In this document: positions 52,748-64,000 of the stretch, in pieces | How the letters are laid out: each line of letters begins with the position of its first letter | Numbering within the stretch: the first letter of the stretch is position 1 | Origin: an uncultured Acidobacteriota bacterium | Lineage (GTDB): Bacteria; Acidobacteriota; Blastocatellia; RBC074 | NCBI GenBank assembly: GCA_963796275.1 | Contig: CAWCKY010000001.1 | Coordinates: forward strand, 736,001 to 800,000 | Reading direction: 5' to 3' | DNA: 64,000 bases | The notes under the pieces: model-generated | The model's database searches: none | Seen by the model: only the letters and a program-made list of their open reading frames with translations | Told to the model about the DNA's origin: nothing | Translations under genes and position numbers: made by a program

Positions 52748-54340
52748 ATGTCTAATCGAAAGCGATTCTTTTTTATATCAATCATAACTGTCTTTGCGGT
52801 CGCGGGCGTCATCATCAATCTTCCGTACAGCTTAAACGATGTTTTTGCGCGGACTCAGACGCCACAGCCGAAGGATCGGTCGAGGAAGGACCGCGAAGCA
52901 TTGGCCAAGACTCCGGCGCCTTCCGGGACCCTGAAAGATCGCCTCGATAAGGATGACGGATATGGGATCGCAGTATTCATATCTTCATCTATCCACGGCA
53001 GTCTCGAGGTCTGCGGCTGCCCGATTCACCCGCTCGGCGGCGTGGCGCGTCGCGTTGGATACATCGATGCCTTTCGCAAGCGGAGCCCCCAGGCGGCGAT
53101 CATTCAGGTCGACGCGGGTTATATCTTCAGCGATGACGCCAACCCTGCAGCAGACGGCCTGCGAGAAGACGCGCGGCTAATGAACGAATGGATCGTCCGT
53201 GCAAACGAATTGATGAACCTCGACATAGTTAATTTATCCTATCGCGATCTGCCATATGCGAGCTCATTATTGGCGCCGGACGCAAAACTCAAACCGATAA
53301 AGTCTACGCTCATCTCGGCTAATATCAAACCGGCTGACGAGATGCGCATCGCCCCGAAGCCATACGTAATAAAGGTAGTTATGGGTGAGCGATTGCGTAA
53401 GCCGATCCGTATCGCTTTCATCGGCTTGAGCGACATTGCGCCCGACAAACACAAAGAAGCAGTCACCAAGAGCGGTTTCTTGATTGAAGACCCGCTGCCT
53501 GCTGCAAAAGCCGCGCTCGCCGAAGTCCGCGACAAAGCCGATGTGACGGTAATCGTGGGTTTTCTTTCAATGCCGACTGTCAACAAACTGGCTCGGCAGA
53601 ATGAAGACCTCGACCTGATCATCGCGACTGACGAACGCGGGCTGGTGCTGGATCCGAAACAGGTTAACAATGCGTTGATCGTTTACTCAGCAAAAGAGAC
53701 CAAGCATCTGGCCGAATTGCGTTTTTACACGGACGCCGAAGGCCTGATCGATCGTTTCACGGCGCGTTACATCGAGCTGGACGAAATCATCCCCGACGAC
53801 CCGCAGATGGCCGCTGTTACGAAAGAAGCGCGCAAGGAGATCGACATGGCGCAGATGCGTGTGGCAGAAGCAGAGGCCAAAGCACTGCTGGCGAAGGACC
53901 CGGCATCTCCATATGTGCTCTCCGAGACTTGCGGGAAATGCCATATCACCGAGTACGCCGTTTGGCAGAACACGCTTCACTCGCATGCCTTTGCGGCACT
54001 GGAGACCAAAAACCGCACCTTCGATGCCGCATGTGTGGGCTGTCATTCGCTCGGTTTTCAGAAGGACGGTTTTGTCAACATTAAGGCGACACCGCAATTC
54101 GCGAATGTCCATTGCGAATCATGCCACGGCCCCGGACTCGAGCACTCAGCTCAGCCGGCGGCGGGAAATTACAAAACGCCGCCGAAAACCGACAGCTGTC
54201 TGATATGCCACGACCGTGAAAACAGTCCGGATTTTGATTTCAATAAATACTGGGCCGTCATCGCCCATACCAATTCATTGAAGCCGCCGCCCGTGGTCCC
54301 CGAGAGCGGTAAGAAGAAGACCCGGAGAAGGCGAAAATGA
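52748..54340 (+). CDS. 5'-nucleotidase/metallophosphoesterase-like domain fused to a tetraheme cytochrome c (c554-like) domain
   Basis: HGSLEVCGC..GGVARR, VDAG, SANI, AFIGLS; four CxxCH motifs (CGKCH, CVGCH, CESCH, CLICH). Confidence 0.8.
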   Translation: MSNRKRFFFISIITVFAVAGVIINLPYSLNDVFARTQTPQPKDRSRKDREALAKTPAPSGTLKDRLDKDDGYGIAVFISSSIHGSLEVCGCPIHPLGGVARRVGYIDAFRKRSPQAAIIQVDAGYIFSDDANPAADGLREDARLMNEWIVRANELMNLDIVNLSYRDLPYASSLLAPDAKLKPIKSTLISANIKPADEMRIAPKPYVIKVVMGERLRKPIRIAFIGLSDIAPDKHKEAVTKSGFLIEDPLPAAKAALAEVRDKADVTVIVGFLSMPTVNKLARQNEDLDLIIATDERGLVLDPKQVNNALIVYSAKETKHLAELRFYTDAEGLIDRFTARYIELDEIIPDDPQMAAVTKEARKEIDMAQMRVAEAEAKALLAKDPASPYVLSETCGKCHITEYAVWQNTLHSHAFAALETKNRTFDAACVGCHSLGFQKDGFVNIKATPQFANVHCESCHGPGLEHSAQPAAGNYKTPPKTDSCLICHDRENSPDFDFNKYWAVIAHTNSLKPPPVVPESGKKKTRRRRK

Positions 54341-54452
54341 TGGGATATAGAGTTTCAGTTTCAGATATGCAAGGCTTCAGATTCTGATAGACACTTCTCA
54401 GGTTCCCGGGCGAGGGCGATCGGATAACCTTCGGTTCTCGAGTATCGTCGAT

Positions 54453-54914
54453 ATGAACAGTCTCCTCAAAATGCTGCCATCGATCGTGCGCCTTTTAGGC
54501 GATAACGAAGAGACGCGGGAGCAGGCGGTCTTTGCCTCCTGGCGGGCGGCAGCCGGTGAGGGAGTGGCAAATGTCTGCGCACCATTCAGACTCTACCGCA
54601 AGCAGCTGATAGTTGCCGTCCTTGATCAGACCTGGAAGAAACAGATGGAGAAGATCAGCGGCGAGTATCTCTTCAAGATCAATTCGACGCTCGGAGCGCC
54701 GATGGTGACATTTATAGAATTCCGTATCGATCGAAATCACGTGGTGCGATCGCGTAAACGAAAAAAGAAATCTTTCGAGTTCCAGCATACGGACGAGATT
54801 GAAGAAGAGTTGAGATCGTCGGCCGCCTGCATCCGTGATGATGTGCTGCGCGAGAAATTTTTACGCGCGGCAGCCAAATATTTGGAGCGGAATGAAATGG
54901 CAAACGGGAATTGA
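54453..54914 (+). CDS. DUF721/DciA family protein
   Basis: W..AAG..VA, L.VAV.D.TW..QM, KIN..LG; size fits. Confidence 0.7.
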   Translation: MNSLLKMLPSIVRLLGDNEETREQAVFASWRAAAGEGVANVCAPFRLYRKQLIVAVLDQTWKKQMEKISGEYLFKINSTLGAPMVTFIEFRIDRNHVVRSRKRKKKSFEFQHTDEIEEELRSSAACIRDDVLREKFLRAAAKYLERNEMANGN

Positions 54915-54970
54915 GTAATTTTCCCGTATTCAAATTACCTATTTCATTAAAGTCGATTCACGCAGGTTTT

Positions 54971-55273
54971 ATGCCGATTACACAAATCGAAGTCGATAAA
55001 ATAGCGGGACTCGCCAACCTCGAACTGACGGCGGAAGAGAAGGCCACGCTCGCGAGGCAACTAGCGGCAATAGTTGAATATATCGATCAGCTCAACGAGC
55101 TTGACACGTCAACGGTCAAACCGTGGCAACCGCAGAGTACGGGAGAGATGAGCGCTTCGTATACCACTCGTGATGACGTCGTCGAACCCTGCCTCGGCCA
55201 GAAGAAAGCTATGGAACAGGCGCCTGATCAGGATGACGGAAATTTCCTCGTGCCGAGAGTCATCGGAGGTTAG
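54971..55273 (+). CDS. gatC: Asp/Glu-tRNA amidotransferase subunit C
   Basis: [25 protein letters not shown]; directly upstream of gatA. Confidence 0.92.
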   Translation: MPITQIEVDKIAGLANLELTAEEKATLARQLAAIVEYIDQLNELDTSTVKPWQPQSTGEMSASYTTRDDVVEPCLGQKKAMEQAPDQDDGNFLVPRVIGG

Positions 55274-55278
55274 TAGAA

Positions 55279-56694
55279 TTGACGGTAGAAGAAATATTTA
55301 AGCTCTACATTACGGGTCAGGCGAAACCTAGCGAGGTCTGCCGCGATGCGCTCGACCGCATCGAAAAAGATAACGACCGGCTCAACGCTTATGTCACTTT
55401 CGACCGAGAAGGCGCACTGCAGCGCGCTGAGGCGCTGGATGCCGGCATTCAAAATGCCGTCAAACAAAATCCTCTAGCGGGTATTCCCGTTGCCATCAAG
55501 GACAATATTTGCACGGAAGGGATCCGCACAACCTGCGCATCACGGATTCTCGCGAACTATGTCCCTCCATACACGGCGACTGCGGTCAAAAAACTTGAGG
55601 ATGCCGGCGCAATCGTCGTAGCAAAGACGAACCTGGATGAATTCGCGATGGGCGGATCGACCGAAAATTCCGCATTCGGCCCGGTGAAAAACCCATGGAA
55701 TGAAGAGTATGTGCCGGGTGGTAGTTCCGGCGGTTCAGCCGTCGCGGTCGCTGCAGGGCATGTACCGGTGTCGCTCGGCTCCGATACGGGCGGTTCTATT
55801 CGACAGCCCGCCTCCTTCTGCGGTGTGGTGGGTTTGAAACCGACATACGGGCGCGTCTCGCGTTACGGCCTCGTCGCATTCGCCTCATCGCTCGATCAGA
55901 TCGGCCCGTTTGCCAATAACGTGCGAGATGCTGCGCGCATGCTGCAGGTCATAGCCGGTCACGACCGCCGCGATTCGACTTCGGGGAACACGGCGGTTCC
56001 CGATTACCTGCGGGCCTTGAGCGGCGACATCAAAGGTTTGCGTCTCGGTGTGCCGCCTGAATGTTTCGGCGAAGGCGTAGACGAGGAGGTGCGAGAGAAA
56101 GTTGAAGCCGCCATCCGCAGGCTCGAAGAGCGGGGAGCGAAGATCGTCGAAGTACACCTTCCACATATGAAGTATGTGATAGCAGTCTATTACATCATCG
56201 CCACGGCCGAGGCGTCGTCGAACCTCGCACGATACGACGGTGTTCGCTACGGGTTTCGCGCTGAAGAAGCGCGCACGCTTTCGGAGATGTACCGCCGTAC
56301 CCGCAACCAAGGTTTCGGCCCGGAGATCAAACGCCGGATTATGCTCGGCACTTTCGCATTGTCCTCAGGCTATTACGATGCTTATTATGAAAAAGCGCAG
56401 CGCGTTCGCCAAATGTTGGTGAATGATTTCGCCGAGGCTTTCAGAAAGTGCGACATAATCGCTACCCCGACCGCTCCGACGCCGCCGTTCAAGATCGGCG
56501 AGAAATCCGATGATCCCTTGGCGATGTATCTATGCGACATATTCACGGTGACGATCAACCTGGCGGGAGTGCCGGCGATCAGCGTTCCCTGCGGTCAATC
56601 GAGAATGAAATTGCCGATCGGGCTACAATTGATCGGCAATCATTTTGACGAGCCGCGGGTGCTTAATACTGCTTACGCTTACGAGCGCGAGTGA
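55279..56694 (+). CDS. gatA: Asp/Glu-tRNA amidotransferase subunit A
   Basis: [39 protein letters not shown]. Confidence 0.96.
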   Translation: MTVEEIFKLYITGQAKPSEVCRDALDRIEKDNDRLNAYVTFDREGALQRAEALDAGIQNAVKQNPLAGIPVAIKDNICTEGIRTTCASRILANYVPPYTATAVKKLEDAGAIVVAKTNLDEFAMGGSTENSAFGPVKNPWNEEYVPGGSSGGSAVAVAAGHVPVSLGSDTGGSIRQPASFCGVVGLKPTYGRVSRYGLVAFASSLDQIGPFANNVRDAARMLQVIAGHDRRDSTSGNTAVPDYLRALSGDIKGLRLGVPPECFGEGVDEEVREKVEAAIRRLEERGAKIVEVHLPHMKYVIAVYYIIATAEASSNLARYDGVRYGFRAEEARTLSEMYRRTRNQGFGPEIKRRIMLGTFALSSGYYDAYYEKAQRVRQMLVNDFAEAFRKCDIIATPTAPTPPFKIGEKSDDPLAMYLCDIFTVTINLAGVPAISVPCGQSRMKLPIGLQLIGNHFDEPRVLNTAYAYERE

Positions 56695-56737
56695 AGGGAT
56701 TTACGAGAGAATGAGTGTAGGCGGGGAGGAATGATGA

Positions 56738-57025
56738 TTACGAAGACAGCTCTCGTCCGCTTCTCTCCCCGTCTGCCCGTCTCACTTTCTTCTTATCAGG
56801 CAGCCAATCGCCGGTGAACAATTCGATCGTATTTTTAAACAGGCCGACAACAGGTGTAGCATCGAGTGCAGTGTTCACCAGCCCGCGGGCAACACCTTTC
56901 TTCTTGATCTCATATCCGATCAATCCTACGGCTACCGCCGTGCCGATCAACGGCACCGATTTCGCGGCCCTCATTGCTATGCGGTATCCGCCCGCACGGA
57001 TGATGCGCCTCAGAATCCCTGCCAT
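56738..57025 (-). CDS. Small hypothetical membrane-associated protein
   Basis: GGAGGAGG RBS; amphipathic KSVPLIGTAVAVG and DATPVVG segments. Confidence 0.65.
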   Translation of the reverse strand: MAGILRRIIRAGGYRIAMRAAKSVPLIGTAVAVGLIGYEIKKKGVARGLVNTALDATPVVGLFKNTIELFTGDWLPDKKKVRRADGERSGRELSS

Positions 57026-57081
57026 TTATTCCTCCTCCCGGTTCAAATTCTATCGCAAAACAAAGATAATGATATCAACAT

Positions 57082-58470
<1,389 letters not shown>

Positions 58471-58479
<9 letters not shown>

Positions 58480-58557
58480 TGGATAATTGATAATTGATAA
58501 TTCGTATCTGCTGTGGCGACGACCTATTCAAACTATCAATTATCAATTATCAATTAT
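58471..58557. repeat. Inverted heptamer arrays (GATAATT)n / (AATTATC)n between convergent genes
   Basis: ggataattgataattgataatt ... atcaattatcaattatcaattat. Confidence 0.85.
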
Positions 58558-58562
58558 ATTTG

Positions 58563-60230
58563 TTATCTCATTTTGAGCACGATGAGGGTAATGTCATCGC
58601 CCTGAGGCAAGCCGCGCGTGAAACCCAGCAGTTCATCCAAGATGCGATTTTTTATCTCTTCCGCGCTCAGTGCGACGCTTTTTCTGACCAGCTCTTCCAG
58701 CTTCTCGTCTCCGAACATTTCGTTGTTTGAATTCACTGCTTCGGTCACGCCATCGGTATAGATCACAACGACATCGCCGCTCCTGATCACCGTCTCGCGC
58801 TCTTGATACTGGGCGAAATCGAATGCTCCCAGAACAACCGACTTTGTCGTCAGCAGTTCGGTCCCGCCACCGGCCCGAGCCAGTATCGGGGGGTTGTGAC
58901 CGGCATTGATATAGGTGAAATGGCCGTCACGATCGAGGATGGCGCAGAAGAGGGTGATGAAGTTATTACTCGCAGAACGCTGCACCAGGACCGTGTTGAG
59001 ATTTGTAATAACGCCGGTGAGCGGTAGGTGGCTCGCGAACTGAGCCTGCAATGCGCCCTGCGCCATGGCTGCGAGAAGTGCGGCGGCTATGCCTTTGCCC
59101 GAGACGTCGCCGAGCACGAAGACGGCTCTCCCGTCTTTTAGCGGGACCAGATCATAAAAGTCACCGCCGACATATCGCGAAGGGATGCTTTGCGATGCGA
59201 CTTCAAAGTGTTCCTGCTGCCGTAAAGCGGCCGGCGAGAGAGCTACCTGAACCTGACGCGCCGTCGACAATTCGAGCTCGAGATTCTTTTTCTCCTGCTC
59301 TTCGTGCATAAGGCGCACGCTCTCGAGCGATTTGGTGGCTTCGAAGGCGAGCGATTCGAGCAATCGCAGCGATGTCTCAGTCAACGACGCGCCGTTCACA
59401 TAGCTGTCGACATAGAGAACCCCTATTACGTCGCGTTTGAGCACGGCCGTCGCATCCATATTCTCACTCATCTGAAAACGCCGCAGGGGAATGCAGGCGA
59501 TCGAGCGAAGCTCGAGCATGCGGACGCTCTCGCTCGCTGGCTGCGGAGCCGTATCCAGCGTCTCGGAAACTGTAACGCTGCGGTTCTGTTTGAATGCTTC
59601 CTCGACCACCGACCGGCTCATCGCGAAGTCGTTGCCGACCAGCCAGTTCCTTTTATGGTCGCGCGCGACCTTGAATTCCAAATCGCCGTTATCATTGCGG
59701 AGCATGAGGAATCCGCGTCCAGCCCGTGTAATCTCGATTGCTGCGTCGACGATCAGGCATAGCACGTCGTCGGGAGTGAGCGAAAATTTGAATGCTTGAT
59801 TGACCTCGATGAAACGCGCGAGTTTCTGCAGCTCTTCATTGGCTGATGCCGCCCGCAAACGCTCCTCGGTCGAGGGCGATAAGGTCAACTGCGGGCTGCT
59901 GTCGAATATCGCCGAAGCGTTCTCGATCGAGTAGTCGAGGAAGAATATCTTCTGATCTTCATCTCCTCCGATGCGAATCCGATCCTGATGTTGCAGCGCT
60001 ACCCGCTCGACCGGCTGATCATTGACGAACGATCCGCGCTTACTCCCGATATCGACCAGATAATATACGTTCCCGTCATAAACGATCTCCGCGTGTTGAC
60101 GCGAGACGGTGTCGGAGAGAAGCTGGAGATCATTCTCCGCCTTGCGCCCGATGGTGAATACCGGTTTATTCAACGGCAGGAACCGCGTGACGCCGAATCG
60201 ATTGACGATTTTCAGTTGCGCCTGCTTCAT
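58563..60230 (-). CDS. FHA-GAF-PP2C (SpoIIE/RsbU) phosphatase
   Basis: FHA motifs IGR, VSRQHA, GSFVN; GAF region; PP2C motifs VGGDFYD, GDVSGKG, NAGH, YTDG, DDIT. Confidence 0.93.
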   Translation of the reverse strand: MKQAQLKIVNRFGVTRFLPLNKPVFTIGRKAENDLQLLSDTVSRQHAEIVYDGNVYYLVDIGSKRGSFVNDQPVERVALQHQDRIRIGGDEDQKIFFLDYSIENASAIFDSSPQLTLSPSTEERLRAASANEELQKLARFIEVNQAFKFSLTPDDVLCLIVDAAIEITRAGRGFLMLRNDNGDLEFKVARDHKRNWLVGNDFAMSRSVVEEAFKQNRSVTVSETLDTAPQPASESVRMLELRSIACIPLRRFQMSENMDATAVLKRDVIGVLYVDSYVNGASLTETSLRLLESLAFEATKSLESVRLMHEEQEKKNLELELSTARQVQVALSPAALRQQEHFEVASQSIPSRYVGGDFYDLVPLKDGRAVFVLGDVSGKGIAAALLAAMAQGALQAQFASHLPLTGVITNLNTVLVQRSASNNFITLFCAILDRDGHFTYINAGHNPPILARAGGGTELLTTKSVVLGAFDFAQYQERETVIRSGDVVVIYTDGVTEAVNSNNEMFGDEKLEELVRKSVALSAEEIKNRILDELLGFTRGLPQGDDITLIVLKMR

Positions 60231-60254
60231 CTGGCTCGGTTTAAGTTAATAACT

Positions 60255-60590
60255 TTAAAATGATGAGATTGCTTTCTTTTCATCCTCGAATGTTTCGAGG
60301 ACAGAGAATAGCCCGGTGATGATTAGCAACTGCCTGGCCATCCTCGACGGTTTGAGCACTTTCAGACTGCCATCAGCCGCCCTGAGACTGGTGAAGGATT
60401 TGATCATCGCGCCGATGCCGGAACTGTCGATGACAGGCACCTCGGCTAAGTTCAAAAGTAGATGCTTGCGCTCTTCCGCAATCAGATGGCTTACTGTGTC
60501 TCGCAGGGTTTCCTCGCTTTTACCGATCGTCAGATTCCCGCTCAGATCAAGTATCGTTACATCGCCTTTATTTCGTATTTGGATATCCAT
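60255..60590 (-). CDS. STAS anti-sigma-factor antagonist
   Basis: 111 aa; IDSSGIG phosphoacceptor motif. Confidence 0.92.
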   Translation of the reverse strand: MDIQIRNKGDVTILDLSGNLTIGKSEETLRDTVSHLIAEERKHLLLNLAEVPVIDSSGIGAMIKSFTSLRAADGSLKVLKPSRMARQLLIITGLFSVLETFEDEKKAISSF

Positions 60591-60619
60591 CTAAGCACCT
60601 TTGATTATAACTCAATAGC

Positions 60620-61549
60620 TTAAGCGACGATTATATAGGTGTTCCTTCCCCCGACCACATCCGAAAAGTCCTTATTGTAAGTTGTGGAAATGCGCCGGAA
60701 CTGTTTTATAACATTGCCGATCTCGGCGGTCGTTATAAATCCGTCCTCGGTATGCGCGATGGCCCATTGGGGGATGTATTTGGCGTTGTCCAAAAAGTTT
60801 CCGACCAACTCCAGGTATTTCTCTTTCGACATCACATCATCGCCGAGTTTTCCGCGTTGATTTGCGATCAGCGCATCCCAGTCGTCATAGGTGCCGCGCA
60901 CCCACGTCTCACGCCAGCCGACTACTCCGCGGCGAAGCGAGGAGAGCCCTTCCGGGCGCGGGAAGCGTACGAACAACAATTCGCCGGTGGCTCCTCGGAT
61001 GAAATCGTGCGCCTCTCGATTGACACTGTAGTTGGCCTGTCCATTGTCGATGACATCACGCTGCCTGCGCCACAGGTTGATGAAGACCTCCGAGAGCGGT
61101 CGCCGCAAATCCGCTGTCTCTGGCCCGAATGAGAAGACATAGTCCGCCGTCTTGAGCGCATGCATTATCGCCAGCCCGCGGCAGTATTCGTTTTCAACCT
61201 GCTGTATATTGAGCCAGACATTATCGAACCAGACGGCATCTATCTCGCTCATCGCCCGGCCAAGAGCCAGATTGTGCAGCCGCCGTCGCGGAACATAAGC
61301 CTCGCTCAGGACCAGCGAGATGTCTTCTTCTTTCAATAATTCTTTCTGGTTTTCCACGATCGCGCGCGAAATCCACCACGCCCATTGGCAGATATCATTG
61401 GTTAATATCTGCTTGCCCCAAAATTTGAGATACCATTCCAGATCCGGCTCGCCAGCGAATGGAATTACGATTGAATTAAACTTGAGACGGCGCAATACGC
61501 TCAGCTCGAAGCCGAGCCAGCGCCGATTTGAATTGGATGTTGTGAACAT
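60620..61549 (-). CDS. DNA adenine methyltransferase (D12/FokI-like) homolog with degenerate catalytic motifs
   Basis: IPFAG..L...[17 protein letters not shown]...N.EA.DFI; ELLFVRFPR where DLLYLDPPY is expected. Confidence 0.6.
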   Translation of the reverse strand: MFTTSNSNRRWLGFELSVLRRLKFNSIVIPFAGEPDLEWYLKFWGKQILTNDICQWAWWISRAIVENQKELLKEEDISLVLSEAYVPRRRLHNLALGRAMSEIDAVWFDNVWLNIQQVENEYCRGLAIMHALKTADYVFSFGPETADLRRPLSEVFINLWRRQRDVIDNGQANYSVNREAHDFIRGATGELLFVRFPRPEGLSSLRRGVVGWRETWVRGTYDDWDALIANQRGKLGDDVMSKEKYLELVGNFLDNAKYIPQWAIAHTEDGFITTAEIGNVIKQFRRISTTYNKDFSDVVGGRNTYIIVA

Positions 61550-61567
61550 AGGTGTTGGTGGTATCTC

Positions 61568-61659
61568 GTAGTCGGTAGTCGGTATCCGGTTGCCGGTTCA
61601 CGGCTCACATCCTCTACATGTAGCGAGATGTGAGCCGACAACCGATGACCGGTACACCG
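61568..61659. repeat. Intergenic palindrome with heptamer-like flanks
   Basis: CGGCTCACATC/GATGTGAGCCG arms (61601-61611/61627-61637), flanked by GTAGTCG-type and CCGACAA-type repeats. Confidence 0.7.
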
Positions 61660-61673
61660 CCTGCCTCATACTG

Positions 61674-62813
61674 TTATTGTTTCTGCTTCTCCCGCTCAGG
61701 CGGTTCGGTGGCCGGAACTCCTAGCTCTTCGATCACGTAATGAACTTCGGGTACTGGCGATTCAGCCCAGTTGTTCGTATTGCTTTCTTCGAATACCAGC
61801 GGGTCCGGAGCCGCGGATGATAATTCCACCCTCTCTTCAACGGCTATCGCCGGAGGCTCGACCATTAAGACCGGTTCCTGCTCATCTATAAGCAGAATGT
61901 GATCCTGTGCATCGACCGTCAATTCGACAATCTGAGGCTCTGCTTGTGCGGGTACCGGAATGTTTTCGAGGATGTCGGGTTCAGGGGGATATTCGGCGGC
62001 GACAATCGCCGGTTGCATGACGACCGGCATATCTTTCGGCGCTCTTTCAATTTCGGCGGCGACAATCGCCGGTTTCATGACGACCGGCACATCTTTCGGC
62101 GCTCTTTCAATTTCAGCGGCGACAATCGCCGGTTTCATGACGACCGGCACATCTTTCGGCACTCTTTCAATTTCAGCGGCGACAATCGCCGGTTGCATGA
62201 CCTCCTGCAATCCCCTCTCTTTGACAAGCAGCGCCACCAGTTTTTTGGCTACCTGCGGATCGAATTCGATTCCGGCAAGATCGGCGATCACTTGTTCGGC
62301 TTCCAGCGGATCAAAACGCCGTCGATGCGGGCGTTTCGAGACGAGCGCGCAATAGCTGTCCACCGCGCGTAATATTCTCGCGCCGAGCGGAATCGTCTCG
62401 CCGGCGAGGCCATCGGGATAACCCAGGCCATTCCACCATTCGTGATGCCAGCGGATCAGGAGCTGGACCTGTCTCGCGAGCTTCAGTTCGCTCGCGGCCT
62501 GTTCGCCCAGGATAGGATGCCGCCACAGGTCGAGCGTCTCCTCCCAGGTCAAATCATCCGGGCGCAGCAGATAGTTGCGCTTCATCACTCGTTCCCCGAC
62601 ATCGTGCAGGAGCGCGGCATATTTGAGCGCCGTGAGATCTGTGCCGTGTAATCCCATGAGCGATCCCAGGCGCTCCGATAGACGCGCGATCGTCACCGAG
62701 TGCGGCTCGCTGTAGCCTTCTATGCGATCTATCTCGACGGCAATTTTGAGCAGGCGGTCGCCGAGCGGCCGCTCCGCCTCGCTCAGCTTCAGGATCGCCG
62801 GTTGTGTTTGCAT
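61674..62813 (-). CDS. HD-GYP domain protein with acidic repetitive tail
   Basis: [37 protein letters not shown]. Confidence 0.9.
   Translation of the reverse strand: MQTQPAILKLSEAERPLGDRLLKIAVEIDRIEGYSEPHSVTIARLSERLGSLMGLHGTDLTALKYAALLHDVGERVMKRNYLLRPDDLTWEETLDLWRHPILGEQAASELKLARQVQLLIRWHHEWWNGLGYPDGLAGETIPLGARILRAVDSYCALVSKRPHRRRFDPLEAEQVIADLAGIEFDPQVAKKLVALLVKERGLQEVMQPAIVAAEIERVPKDVPVVMKPAIVAAEIERAPKDVPVVMKPAIVAAEIERAPKDMPVVMQPAIVAAEYPPEPDILENIPVPAQAEPQIVELTVDAQDHILLIDEQEPVLMVEPPAIAVEERVELSSAAPDPLVFEESNTNNWAESPVPEVHYVIEELGVPATEPPEREKQKQ
61992..62201 (-). repeat. 60-bp coding tandem repeat, about 3.5 copies
   Basis: Near-identical units encoding [20 protein letters not shown]. Confidence 0.92.
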
Positions 62814-63083
62814 GAATGACTCTCCCTTGAAAATAGACTGGACTTACCGATTTTTGCCGATAAATCCGTAGCCGGATTTTCATTGCTTACCAGTTCGTTC
62901 CGGATGACATGAACGAACCTTCATATTAAATAACCGTCCTTTTTAGGCGTATCGAGGGGAAAAATCAAGCGATTGCGGTTTCGTGAATGCCGGTTTCGAC
63001 GGATTCATTATCGCCAAGTTTCACTTTTACCAATATACATCAGGCGCACGGCTCTGGACAGGCAATCCCATGAATGGTCGGCC

Positions 63084-63152
63084 ACAATTGGCATACAATT
63101 GGCCGTTTACACCTGTCCGATTCGTAATAAAATGGCCCGGTTTGAGGGGCCA
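63084..63152 (+). promoter_or_regulatory. Candidate MocR operator: direct plus inverted repeats
   Basis: ACAATTGGC twice with 11-bp period (63084, 63095) and TGGCCC-N8-GGGCCA (63133-63152). Confidence 0.5.
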
Positions 63153-63170
63153 ATATGAAAGCGAGGCGAA

Positions 63171-64000
63171 ATGATATTCGCGCTGAATCGTGATAGTCAC
63201 ATCCCATTATACAATCAAATTGCGATACAGGTGCGGGAGATGATCAGCCGCGGCGCGCTCAAGGTGGGAGACCGTTTGCCAGCCAATCGCGAGCTGGCGA
63301 AATCTCTCGGCGTCAACCGCAGCACGGTGACCACAGCTTATGATGAGTTGACGGCGGATGGGTTGATTACATCGCGCGTCGGCAGCGGGACGTTTGTCAG
63401 CGCCCTCCCGCCCGCGCGCGCAACTATCGCTGAGGAGGCGCGCCGGCGGCCTTCGCCGATGCCGTGGAGCGCTCTTCTGGCCGATCAAAAGCGCGACGAA
63501 TGGCTGAGCGGAATGATCAGGACCTCGGCGGGGAAGGATGCGGTCTCGCTGGCCTATGCGCTACCTGCTCCCGAGTTATTTCCGGTCGATGATTTCCGCC
63601 GTTCCGTGGATCGCGTGCTGCGGCGTGAGGCGCGCAGCTTCCTTCAACTCGGCACGAGCGACGGGTATCCGCCTTTGCAGCAATTTCTTGCCGCACATAT
63701 GAGGCGCGCCGGCATGTCGCTCGAGCCGGGCGAAATTTTGATCACAAACGGGTGCCAGCAATCGCTAGATCTGATCAGGCAGATTCTGGTGCGGCCGGGC
63801 GAGGAAGTTGTCTTGGAGAATCCGACTTATCCGGGAGCGATCAGCGTATTTTGTGGCCACCAATCGAAATACATCAGCGTCCCGGTCGGCGCCGCGGGAC
63901 TCGATCTCGATATGCTGGAAGATGTGCTCAGACAGCGGCGTCCCAAACTGATTTATCTCGTGCCGAGCTTTCATAATCCAACGGGAATCACGATGGACCT
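63171..64000 (+). CDS. MocR/GabR-family regulator (GntR HTH plus PLP aminotransferase domain), truncated by the window end
   Basis: Not in the ORF track because it has no stop; reads MIFALNRDSHIPLYNQI..GDRLPANRELAKSLGVNRSTVTTAYDEL, ITNGCQQSL, ENPTY, PSFHNPTG. Confidence 0.93.
   Translation, partial: MIFALNRDSHIPLYNQIAIQVREMISRGALKVGDRLPANRELAKSLGVNRSTVTTAYDELTADGLITSRVGSGTFVSALPPARATIAEEARRRPSPMPWSALLADQKRDEWLSGMIRTSAGKDAVSLAYALPAPELFPVDDFRRSVDRVLRREARSFLQLGTSDGYPPLQQFLAAHMRRAGMSLEPGEILITNGCQQSLDLIRQILVRPGEEVVLENPTYPGAISVFCGHQSKYISVPVGAAGLDLDMLEDVLRQRRPKLIYLVPSFHNPTGITMD

Noticed and set aside
52990-53050. Selenocysteine recoding at the CGC motif
   Set aside because: Both codons are TGC and there is no in-frame TGA
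54971-56694. Missing gatB as a sign of rearrangement
   Set aside because: Separation of gatB from gatCA is common, so this is uninformative
60620-61549. Active restriction-modification system
   Set aside because: The catalytic DPPY is absent and there is no neighbouring endonuclease or specificity gene
61992-62201. CRISPR array
   Set aside because: Units are contiguous near-identical 60-mers with no unique spacers, they are in-frame within a CDS, and there are no cas genes

Overview
This 64-kb window looks like an ordinary bacterial chromosomal segment. Gene content (DUF1800/DUF1501 pair, ADOP-type permease relic, BlaI/M56-HEAT-DUF4097 cluster, REP-like palindromes) suggests Acidobacteriota, possibly Blastocatellia; this is an inference. 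Most genes are housekeeping: nfo, nth, queG, truA, serS, galU-like, priA, ribA, maf, prfB with its +1 programmed frameshift, ftsK, PiT/DUF47, dciA, gatCA and a CCA-type nucleotidyltransferase. I saw no tRNA, rRNA, CRISPR array, integrase or intact transposase. The best candidates for undescribed biology are four. (1) A consensus sigma-54 promoter at 1462-1477 is followed by a ~165-nt highly structured RNA with two UUGGGGGA hairpin loops. (2) A four-gene signalling cluster encodes an HD-GYP protein, a catalytically degenerate DNA adenine methyltransferase homolog, a STAS protein and an FHA-GAF-PP2C phosphatase. (3) A HerA ATPase with no local NurA lies between an internally deleted nucleotidyltransferase relic and a DUF433/PIN toxin-antitoxin pair. 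(4) Palindromic low-complexity repeats have been recruited in-frame into proteins, one apparently forming a signal peptide. All calls come from reading motifs by eye; no database searches were run.
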